From the IMG/VR virus record IMGVR_UViG_2917413769_000005: 30,838 nt of DNA; one strand, given 5' to 3'. Both the position numbers and the translations under genes were made by a program. The first letter of the stretch is position 1; each line of letters opens with the position of its first letter. The notes under the pieces were generated by a model, which worked only from the letters and a program-made list of their open reading frames with translations, made no database searches and had not been told where the DNA came from. Shown here in pieces: positions 22,706 to 29,857 of the stretch. Source of the DNA: a virus. Taxonomy: Duplodnaviria; Heunggongvirae; Uroviricota; Caudoviricetes.

Positions 22706-25281
22706 ACGCGCTGCCCCTGATTCCTGGTGCCAAACAACCTGTCCCACGCAGCCGGATCAGCTTTTTTCAACATTTCCGCATAGCTGCCAACGGGATCATG
22801 CCTGATATCTCTGCTGTCAACATTATGACTTAGCTTCATATGCTGCCACAAATCGGCAGTCTTACGGTCAGCTCCGTTATCTTTTCTGCGCCTCAGCTCT
22901 CCGCTGCTGGTTGCGGAGACAATAAAGCCATCAATTCGCAAACGCTCACCGCGTAGCAATAACGTTAACTGACCTGTGCTCAGTTCTATGCCTATAGATT
23001 TGGCAAAATCATCCAGTGCCGCAATGCGATCGACTGATACAGGAACTGGCCCGGTAACAGCAGGCATATCCCTTTCCTGCTGCCTCAATTCCTGAGCAAC
23101 TTTTAGATAGCTCTCGGCCCTGGCCTGCTCAATATCATCACAATCTGATGCCGTAATGGCATTAGCCAGCGCCTCAAACTCATCAGCAGGTGATTTTTGC
23201 CGTTCCGGTTTGTAGTTTCTGATGCTTTCGTTGAGCCTTTTTTTCTGCTCGTGGGTCATTTGACCAATTTCATACTGTTCAGGCTCAACTGGTGGCGAAT
23301 TTTCACCCTCTGAATTTGTATGTTTTTTGACCTCAGTACAGTTATTGACACGAGTCCTAGAGGGCGCGGACGCGCCCCGAAGGTCAAAATCAAAGTCAAC
23401 GGCCTGCCCGGAGTCGTCTAAAACTTCCGGTTTCTTACGCACAATGCGGTAGGTATGCAGGCGGGTTTCAATTGGTGGGATGTGAACGGCCGGCATCATC
23501 AGACCTTTGATAAGATCCAGATACTCGCCGTAATCATTTGGTTCGTCTTTCTGCTGGTACCAAATGCGCAACGGCAGATCACGGCGGGCAACCAACGCCC
23601 CGCCTTGCAATTGGGTGTATTGCTGCCAGTCGCCAGCATCCGCAGCACGGTGCAGCTCAGCAAATAGCGGGTTTATCTTGTCGGCCTGTTCCTGATTGCG
23701 GAACCGGCGCAGCTCACGCCAGACAGATACCGGCGCGCCGCCCAGAAACTGAAACTGACGGATGCCCCAGCAAGATGCCCAGGCGGTTGCATGTTTTGAA
23801 GTTTCTTTCAGCGGCCTGCCGCTCTCGTCGTCGGTTTCACCGTCGAGCGCGTAGCCGTCAATATTCTTACTGATGTACTTCACCACATAGCCGGTGGCGC
23901 TGCCGATTTCATGATCGATCGGCTTCATATCAAAACGCGGTTGGTTGCCGTGTTTGCCCTGCAACTCTTCCGCATCCTCGCGGGTTGCGTAGTCTTCCAT
24001 CACTTCCAGCAGCTCGGCAGAATGTTCCGGCAGGGAGAACAGCAGGCCGTGCCAGTGCGGCGTACCATCGTGATGAGACTCAGCCACCCGCAAACCAAAA
24101 ACAGGGATTTCACGGCGGGCCAGCTCAGCGCGGATCTGTTGCCATACCCGGTTAAGATAACGCTGCGTGGCTCTTGGGCTGGCACCGTTCCATTTGGCAT
24201 TACGATGACCGAATACGGTATATGCGTGGTATTTGGATGGCGCTGTCAGGGTAAAAAACTGTCCCGCGTATCCGCTTTCGGTGGCGACTTTCTCAAAACC
24301 ACCAATGCGGGTCATGAGTTCAACGCGGCGTAATGCTGGATTAGAAATGCTCTTATCGATCTGCTCAATAAGCGAAATACGCTCTTTGGTGTCCTGGTCT
24401 TCCAGCTCAAGGCGAGCCATGATCGCGCGGCTGCGTTTGCGCCTGGCATCCCACTCATCAACGTGGTGCTTACTGCAATAAGGCGCAGCGCCCCGCTTCA
24501 CATCACCAAAGGCGATATGCAGGTGCTCACGCCAGCGCGCCGCGTACTTTTTCAGGTTACGATGCCAATAGCGATCATCCAGCATCTTACTGATGCCAGT
24601 AGTAGCCTCATCAATAAACAGCGTTCCCCGGCAATACTTTGCCCAGCTCGGAGGCGTCAGGAAGAAAAGCCGCGCGAGGATAGCCGCTTCGGTGTAAAGG
24701 TATCCGGCATATTTGCGATCACTCTGAGTCTCTACCGTTTCGTGAACTTCGCTCAGCACAGACCGCATATAGATAGCAATATCCTGCGCCAGCAGCTCAA
24801 CATCTTCCGGCGTGAAATCCGGCAGGCGGTTAAAGCGCTCAACCAATCCGTGAAGAGTGTGAAACGTGTGGTAAAGCGGGTTTACCCCTTTGAATGCTGT
24901 ATCAGCCTGAGATTTAGCCTCATCGGTCACCGCAATAGCGTATTGCTCATTCACCATGTTGATGGGCGGGAGATCCCTGCGAATAATATCGCGTAGCGCC
25001 AGACGGGCGATGTGCCTGCCCTTCATGGTGTGAATGCTGTCAATACGGGAAGCCAGACGCAGGCGAATAAAGCGAGGTAGCGGCGCAAGGGTAACTTTCA
25101 CCCACGCCAAAAACTCCTGTTCTTGACCCAGCTCGACTAGATCAACAACGGGAGTCTTATCAACACAAATGGCAGCTTTCGGCTTCTGCCATTCGTAAGC
25201 GTACCGGGTGGCGTCTGGTGCGCTACCCGGATACGGAGGGGGCGGCGTTGGAGCGCCACGCCCACTGGCTGCGGTGGTCAT
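22672..25281 (-). CDS. A: replication initiation endonuclease gpA (rolling-circle initiator)
   Basis: 869 aa. FFTLTAPSKYHAY, the HUH-type ESHHDGTPHWHGLLF and the tyrosine motif GYVVKYISKNIDG match the P2 gpA family. The ATGA overlaps the upstream methyltransferase gene. Confidence 0.9.
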   Translation of the reverse strand: MTTAASGRGAPTPPPPYPGSAPDATRYAYEWQKPKAAICVDKTPVVDLVELGQEQEFLAWVKVTLAPLPRFIRLRLASRIDSIHTMKGRHIARLALRDIIRRDLPPINMVNEQYAIAVTDEAKSQADTAFKGVNPLYHTFHTLHGLVERFNRLPDFTPEDVELLAQDIAIYMRSVLSEVHETVETQSDRKYAGYLYTEAAILARLFFLTPPSWAKYCRGTLFIDEATTGISKMLDDRYWHRNLKKYAARWREHLHIAFGDVKRGAAPYCSKHHVDEWDARRKRSRAIMARLELEDQDTKERISLIEQIDKSISNPALRRVELMTRIGGFEKVATESGYAGQFFTLTAPSKYHAYTVFGHRNAKWNGASPRATQRYLNRVWQQIRAELARREIPVFGLRVAESHHDGTPHWHGLLFSLPEHSAELLEVMEDYATREDAEELQGKHGNQPRFDMKPIDHEIGSATGYVVKYISKNIDGYALDGETDDESGRPLKETSKHATAWASCWGIRQFQFLGGAPVSVWRELRRFRNQEQADKINPLFAELHRAADAGDWQQYTQLQGGALVARRDLPLRIWYQQKDEPNDYGEYLDLIKGLMMPAVHIPPIETRLHTYRIVRKKPEVLDDSGQAVDFDFDLRGASAPSRTRVNNCTEVKKHTNSEGENSPPVEPEQYEIGQMTHEQKKRLNESIRNYKPERQKSPADEFEALANAITASDCDDIEQARAESYLKVAQELRQQERDMPAVTGPVPVSVDRIAALDDFAKSIGIELSTGQLTLLLRGERLRIDGFIVSATSSGELRRRKDNGADRKTADLWQHMKLSHNVDSRDIRHDPVGSYAEMLKKADPAAWDRLFGTRNQGQRVCLTKNSESRK

Positions 25282-26297
25282 TTCACCGCATCCATGTAAG
25301 CACTTATGAAGGTTGCTGCGACTTCCGCGCAGATGGCATTTCCGTAGGCGCGCAACTGGCCCACTCTTCCGGCAACCCCATTAACCAGCGGCTTAAGTCC
25401 TGGTTTAACTGGCCTCCACTTTCCATCATGGCAGAAGAGCCAGTCAGCATCTTGCCAGAAGCCGTTAACCTGATGGGGCCAATCATTTTTGATTGCTGGG
25501 TCAGACTGCTGCCCGTCATCGCCGGAGTGATCCCCCTCCCGCCCCTGGTTCCGTCCGATGCACTCGGAGTTGTCCAACCGGATAACTGTGCTGTCACATC
25601 CAGCCGATCCGTTGACAGCTTCCCGTTGCGAATCCTCCCTCCCTGATACCCCCCTTTCCCATCCGTTGCTGTTGGAGTATTCCACCCCGCTAGGCAGGCA
25701 AAATCTTGCAGATTCGACTGCCTGCCCGCCATCATTCTGGCTATAACTTTCAATGGATCCTGATACGCGTTTTTGACGTTGCTCGCGTTCGGAGTGGGCC
25801 ACCCAGAAGAGGCGCTGTCTTATATGCGGGGCACCGAAGCCCGCAGCGCAAAGATCGAGAGCTGTTGCGGCGTAGCCCGTTCCTTCCAAGTCAGTCTGTA
25901 CAATGTCGAACCAACCGAGGCCGTCCTTGCTTGCAACCTGCTCACCAAAGACAGTCTCAGGGCGGCACTGCTCAATGAGATAGTGGAAATGGGGCCAAAG
26001 GTGCCGCTCGTCAGTAACCCCTGCTCTTTTGCCTGACTGGCTGAAAGGTTGGCACGGGCAAGAGCCTGTCCAGATAGGGCGATCGTCCGCCCATCCAGCC
26101 CGGCGCAGGGCGTAAGACCAGACGCCGATCCCTGCAAAGAAATGGCATTGAGTGAATCCGTTAAGGTCATTTGGTGTTACTTCCTCAATAGAACGGGTGT
26201 CAACAACGCCCGGCGCTATGTGCCCAGCGTCAATAAGATTGCGCAGCCATTGAGCCGCAAAGGGATCGATCTCGTTGTAATAAGCCGTCACAATCAC
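25278..26297 (-). CDS. orphan DNA (cytosine-5) methyltransferase
   Basis: FFAGIG (motif I), SCPCQPFSQSGK (IV), VFGEQV (VI, ENV variant), GAPHIRQRLFWV (VIII) and LRAYGNAICAEVA (X) are present. No adjacent restriction gene was seen. See the finding on its second reading frame. Confidence 0.85.
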   Translation of the reverse strand: MIVTAYYNEIDPFAAQWLRNLIDAGHIAPGVVDTRSIEEVTPNDLNGFTQCHFFAGIGVWSYALRRAGWADDRPIWTGSCPCQPFSQSGKRAGVTDERHLWPHFHYLIEQCRPETVFGEQVASKDGLGWFDIVQTDLEGTGYAATALDLCAAGFGAPHIRQRLFWVAHSEREQRQKRVSGSIESYSQNDGGQAVESARFCLPSGVEYSNSNGWERGVSGREDSQREAVNGSAGCDSTVIRLDNSECIGRNQGREGDHSGDDGQQSDPAIKNDWPHQVNGFWQDADWLFCHDGKWRPVKPGLKPLVNGVAGRVGQLRAYGNAICAEVAATFISAYMDAVK

Positions 26298-27184
26298 GCC
26301 CCCTCAGCACACTGCCCGCAGCTCTCACAGTTCCCGCAACCACCTGCCGGGCATCCCTCAACGATGCCCAAAGTGCCGATCACCTCTTTGGCCTTCTGGC
26401 GGTTGCTGGCGTCAGTGCTAACAGAGCGCTGCACGTCGATTTCATGCAGGCGGAAACGGTGGTAAATCTCGCGGGTGGTTTCGGTGTCACTGTTGGAAAT
26501 GACAACCGGCGCGCCATATTTGCGGTTCACTTCCAGCAGCTCCGCCGCTAACTGGCGGTGGTGCTTCTCGGTGAATGGCTCGGTGTGGTATTGGGTGAAA
26601 TTGGCGGTTTCGCTGGCAGGCAGGTACGGGGGATCGCAGTAGATGGCTTCATCCGTTCCAACCATCACTTTGAGGGTGTTTTGAAACGAGCTGCACAGAA
26701 AAATAGCTTTGGTGTCGTTGGCCTTCTCAGCAAACTGGCGGATCTCCGCCTCCGGGAAGTAAGGCGCGCTTTTGTGCTGACCAAACGGGACGTTATAACC
26801 ACCGCTCTGGTTGTAACGCACCACGCCGTTGTAGCCGTGGCGGTTGAGGTACAGAAACAGAGCCGCGCGGGCCACATCAAGCAAGCCTTTTGTACCGTTG
26901 AAAATGCGGCGGTTCTGTAAGTATTCCTCTTTGGAATTGCCGGTCGCAAAGAGCGGGCGGGCAAGATCAATCACCAGCTCAGGATTGCTTTTTACCTCAC
27001 GATAAAGGCGGATCAGATCTGGGTTGATATCCGCAAGAATGTACCGGCGATAATCGGTATTGAGGAACACGGAAGCGCCGCCAACAAAAGGCTCAACGAG
27101 GCAACCAGCCTTTGGTAAATGCGGCAGTAATTCAGGCATCACGCGGCTTTTGCCACCGGGCCATTTGAGTAGAGATCGAATCAT
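26294..27184 (-). CDS. dam: DNA adenine methyltransferase (Dam, GATC-type family) with Cys-rich C-terminal tail
   Basis: LKWPGGKSRVMPELLPHLP, EPFVGGASVFLN and IYCDPPYLP (DPPY catalytic motif) match Dam. AGGAGA SD lies upstream. About 20 extra C-terminal residues read GCPAGGCGNCESCGQCAEGA. Confidence 0.9.
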   Translation of the reverse strand: MIRSLLKWPGGKSRVMPELLPHLPKAGCLVEPFVGGASVFLNTDYRRYILADINPDLIRLYREVKSNPELVIDLARPLFATGNSKEEYLQNRRIFNGTKGLLDVARAALFLYLNRHGYNGVVRYNQSGGYNVPFGQHKSAPYFPEAEIRQFAEKANDTKAIFLCSSFQNTLKVMVGTDEAIYCDPPYLPASETANFTQYHTEPFTEKHHRQLAAELLEVNRKYGAPVVISNSDTETTREIYHRFRLHEIDVQRSVSTDASNRQKAKEVIGTLGIVEGCPAGGCGNCESCGQCAEGA

Positions 27185-27253
27185 CTTGCTTTCTCCTGGG
27201 TGCAGGAAGCCCGGCGCGGTGATGCGCCTGACTACTGGTTAATCATTCAGTGG

Positions 27254-27646
27254 TTAATTGACTGCGCCATCCGGCGCGAGTGGTGGTGATTCGCGTAACG
27301 CCTGAATTTCAAGGCGTGGCGCAGCGTGATCGGGAAACTCCCACGGCAACGCCGCAGCAAGCTCGGCAAGGCGCTTAATGCCTAACATCAGGCTCACTTT
27401 GTCCTGAGAGCTGAACTGTTCAAAAGGCATAGTGAGATGGGAATGAGTCAGCGACGGCAGATCTTTAAACCGCTGCGCAGCTTCGTTTGCCAGCAGGATG
27501 ATCACCTTTTTCTGAGTCTCGCCCAGGCGATTGAAACGGCTCGCCGTGTCATTGGTGCGGGAAACTGAAATGCTCGACTGCAAACGGGCGCGCTGTTCAA
27601 GGAACATCTGACGCCCGGATACTGGTTTCTCTTGTCCGATATTCAT
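27254..27646 (-). CDS. hypothetical early-operon protein (130 aa)
   Basis: MNIGQEKPVSGRQMFLEQRARLQ... with GGGGGA upstream of the ATG at 27646. Same strand as, and contiguous with, dam. No family recognised. Confidence 0.55.
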   Translation of the reverse strand: MNIGQEKPVSGRQMFLEQRARLQSSISVSRTNDTASRFNRLGETQKKVIILLANEAAQRFKDLPSLTHSHLTMPFEQFSSQDKVSLMLGIKRLAELAAALPWEFPDHAAPRLEIQALRESPPLAPDGAVN

Positions 27647-27816
27647 AATCCTATCCCCCATCACTGCCACTTATCAGGCGCACCACTCGCAAGTAATGCC
27701 TCGGATAAGAGCCGGGTTTTAGCCATGCCCGGCGCATGGTTTTGTGGTAATTTCGTGATGCCGCCTTCCAGCAAGAAGCGAGCGGCACAACTACTACCCA
27801 CCCAAAAGGAGACACC

Positions 27817-28104
27817 GTGTCTAACGATAAAAAGCCAGATACACAGGGAGCATTTAACAAGCTGATTTCTACGCTTACTCAAGCCAATGAAATGACCAGG
27901 TATCAGACGAATGCCGTTTCATTACTTGCTGTAGCGATGTTTAATGCCTTAACTCCTGAGCAACAGGAAAAAGTCTTGTCTACTCTGGAATCGACGGCTG
28001 CTCTTTCAAATTCTCCATCTGCAATTGCAGGTGTTTCATCAGAAATTCACGCTGAACTTGCGCTTCTTCTCCCTGCTTTTGCAAAGCGTCGCAAACTCTC
28101 TTAA
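27817..28104 (+). CDS. possible plus-strand small ORF (95 aa) antisense to the early operon
   Basis: GTG start with AAGGAG 6 nt upstream. The first 60 or so residues look protein-like (…NALTPEQQEKVLSTLES…). The last 125 nt are antisense to the 3' end of ORF 27980-28342. Confidence 0.3.
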   Translation: MSNDKKPDTQGAFNKLISTLTQANEMTRYQTNAVSLLAVAMFNALTPEQQEKVLSTLESTAALSNSPSAIAGVSSEIHAELALLLPAFAKRRKLS

Positions 28105-28342
28105 TCAATGATTCGATTTGTGCACCGATCTCAGTAATGGAATCGGTGCTTTCCGTTGTATTTGGGTCGCAAACTTCAATGTGATGTTCTTCGAACCATT
28201 TAGTTACCGCACGCCCATCAGCCGCGCGATAATGAATGTAATAATGGTTGCCGCTTGCTATGTATTTAGCGCAAGCCTCAACGGTGCCTTTCTCGCCGCT
28301 GGCTTTAATTGATACTTGCTGCCCTAAGTCGAACTTAAACAT
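27980..28342 (-). CDS. hypothetical early-operon protein (120 aa)
   Basis: MFKFDLGQQVSIKASGEKGTVEACAKYIASGNHYYIHYRAADGR... forms a compact N-terminal domain, followed by a coiled-coil-like C-terminus. AT-rich region. Confidence 0.6.
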   Translation of the reverse strand: MFKFDLGQQVSIKASGEKGTVEACAKYIASGNHYYIHYRAADGRAVTKWFEEHHIEVCDPNTTESTDSITEIGAQIESLIKRVCDALQKQGEEAQVQREFLMKHLQLQMENLKEQPSIPE

Positions 28343-28428
28343 AATTAACCCCGTTATTTAGGTGAGTGAATGCACATCACTTAATAAAGTGATGACAGGC
28401 AGAAAAAGTTTTATCAGTTACTTAATTA

Positions 28429-28656
28429 CTAAAGCAGTTTTCTAAATAATCTTGCTAAGGCACTAAATAAGCCTTTGTTTATCTTCTTCGTATAAACAAA
28501 AGGCTTACTCATACCTTTAATAAAGCGCACCTTATTTGGTTCCGGTTTAAAGAAACGCCCGTCCGGGCATTCAATCCAGCCGCGTGTATTGCGGTAATGC
28601 GTGACCTGGCAACCGTGCTTTAACAGGCTGGCAAGTGATGGGGCGTTATCGTTCAT
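28429..28656 (-). CDS. hypothetical early-operon protein (75 aa)
   Basis: ATG-initiated ORF on the operon strand, MNDNAPSLASLLKHGCQVTHYRNTRGWIECPDGRFF... No family recognised. Confidence 0.5.
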   Translation of the reverse strand: MNDNAPSLASLLKHGCQVTHYRNTRGWIECPDGRFFKPEPNKVRFIKGMSKPFVYTKKINKGLFSALARLFRKLL

Positions 28657-28668
28657 ATTGTGTACCTG

Positions 28669-28842
28669 CTACAGTTGCCTACGGGCTTTTAGTTCAACTT
28701 CTTCACGGCGGGTTTTATATTCAGCAAGTGCCTTAGCTCTTTGCTGCTTTACTTTTCTACTCCGCAGTCGGATTAAAAATTGAATTAAATACAACGCAAG
28801 AACAGCAAAGAGAGAAAGCCCGATAACCATTTCAGTTTTCAT
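28669..28842 (-). CDS. small single-pass membrane protein (57 aa)
   Basis: MKTEMVIGLSLFAVLALYLIQFLI forms a TM helix, followed by the basic RLRSRKVKQQRAKALAEYKTRREE. The start overlaps the upstream ORF stop. Confidence 0.5.
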   Translation of the reverse strand: MKTEMVIGLSLFAVLALYLIQFLIRLRSRKVKQQRAKALAEYKTRREEVELKARRQL

Positions 28843-29092
28843 AACCTTTACCACCATTCAGCCGTTCAATAGTTCGCATTGCTTCAGCTAAGGCAAAATC
28901 ACGCCCATAATAATTATCAATACCGCCGTTATCATCCCGCTTATTTATCAAATACGAATTGCTTCGATTAAAAGCATTGCGTGATGATTTGCGGATAGTG
29001 AAGCCGTTAAAGACATAAACGTTTTTGCTTACCTGAACCAATCCCGGAATGCTTCCGGCATGTGACCCATGCTGTGAATAGCGCTTTTTCAT
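28832..29092 (-). CDS. hypothetical early-operon protein (86 aa)
   Basis: MKKRYSQHGSHAGSIPG...; the ATG at 29092 lies 2 nt after the cox stop. This is the position of P2 orf78-like genes. Confidence 0.5.
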   Translation of the reverse strand: MKKRYSQHGSHAGSIPGLVQVSKNVYVFNGFTIRKSSRNAFNRSNSYLINKRDDNGGIDNYYGRDFALAEAMRTIERLNGGKGYEN

Positions 29093-29094
29093 AA

Positions 29095-29376
29095 TCAAAG
29101 CCCAATCCACAGTAACCAGGCATCGCGCTGCTCTTTCGGACGATTGAAATAAGCGTCACGCATCGCACGGTTGAATTCAGGGATGTAGATCCAGTTCTCT
29201 GAGCGGTTCGTCAGAGACTCAGGATTCTTCATCTGAACCACCGGCAGCTTGCCGTCACGAACCATATCGCCAACCGCATTGGCGGTTTTACCGATCATTT
29301 CGGCAAATTTTGGGGCAGGCACCGCATCCACCGGATGGCGTAATTCAATGTAGCCCTCTGGGTATTTCTCTTTCAT
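29095..29376 (-). CDS. cox: Cox (excisionase / Pc repressor / directionality factor)
   Basis: FAEMIGKTANAVGDMVRDGKLPVVQM...WIYIPEFN...RPKEQRDAWLLWIGL parallels P2 Cox (FAKLIGKSTGAVRRMIDKGKLPVIDM...WVYLPAWN...RPKEIRDGWLMWLGL). Confidence 0.9.
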   Translation of the reverse strand: MKEKYPEGYIELRHPVDAVPAPKFAEMIGKTANAVGDMVRDGKLPVVQMKNPESLTNRSENWIYIPEFNRAMRDAYFNRPKEQRDAWLLWIGL

Positions 29377-29448
29377 GTGTAATAATCCCCTTTGTTGTTC
29401 AGCCGCTTCTAGCTGGCTGTAGCTGCTTCTGGCGGATGTTTTAATGAG

Positions 29449-29501
29449 TCAGATATGACCCATCGAAAATGAGGATAGATCAGATATGACAAACTCGTCA
29501 A
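29449..29501. promoter_or_regulatory. immunity switch: candidate Pe promoter and direct-repeat operators
   Basis: Direct repeat TCAGATATGAC at 29449-29459 and 29480-29490. On the minus strand, TTGACG (29496-29501) and TATCCT (29472-29477) with an 18-nt spacer form a Pe-like promoter whose -10 is flanked by the repeats. P2 C operators flank the Pe -10 in the same way. Confidence 0.45.
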
Positions 29502-29791
29502 GCTTGGGCGAAAAAATTCGCCTGATTAGAGAGGCTGAGGGAGTAACAAGGACACAACTAGCTGAAATGCTGGAAATTCCTTATCCATCCATCACAAACT
29601 ATGAAATGAAAGGAATACAAGTTACTGAAAAGTTTATGGTTAGCTTCACAAACCACCCAAGATTTCAGAAATACACACTTTGGCTAATGACTGGCAAAAC
29701 TGCACCATCTGCGGGGCAGGTATCCCCGCCTCTCTCCCCTGATGGGCCAGGAAAAACAATGTCACGCCGATCAGGCCTCAAGGCTGGCTAA
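29486..29791 (+). CDS. C: immunity repressor C (HTH)
   Basis: EKIRLIREAEGVTRTQLAEMLEIPYPSITNYE...PRFQKYTLWLMTGKTAPSAGQVSP parallels P2 C (EKIVLMRKSEYLSRQQLADLTGVPYGTLSYYE...PQFTKYTLWFMTNQIAPESGQIAP). Confidence 0.9.
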   Translation: MTNSSSLGEKIRLIREAEGVTRTQLAEMLEIPYPSITNYEMKGIQVTEKFMVSFTNHPRFQKYTLWLMTGKTAPSAGQVSPPLSPDGPGKTMSRRSGLKAG

Positions 29792-29805
29792 AAATCTGGT
29801 TTTTC

Positions 29806-29830
29806 TATGCGCTAGAACAAAAAGCGCATA
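29806..29830 (+). other. hairpin between C and int
   Basis: TATGCGCT (29806-29813), a 9-nt loop, then AGCGCATA (29823-29830). No U-tract is present. It may be an attenuator or processing structure in the C-int transcript. Confidence 0.4.
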
Positions 29831-29857
29831 ACGACAACCTCACTGGAGGGCTTCGCT

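Noticed and set aside
27661-27882. 73-aa minus-strand ORF that would fill the gap in the early operon
   Set aside because: It initiates at TTG with no SD, is Cys/Trp/Leu-rich, and overlaps the better-supported start of the plus-strand ORF. It is kept only as an alternative in the related finding.
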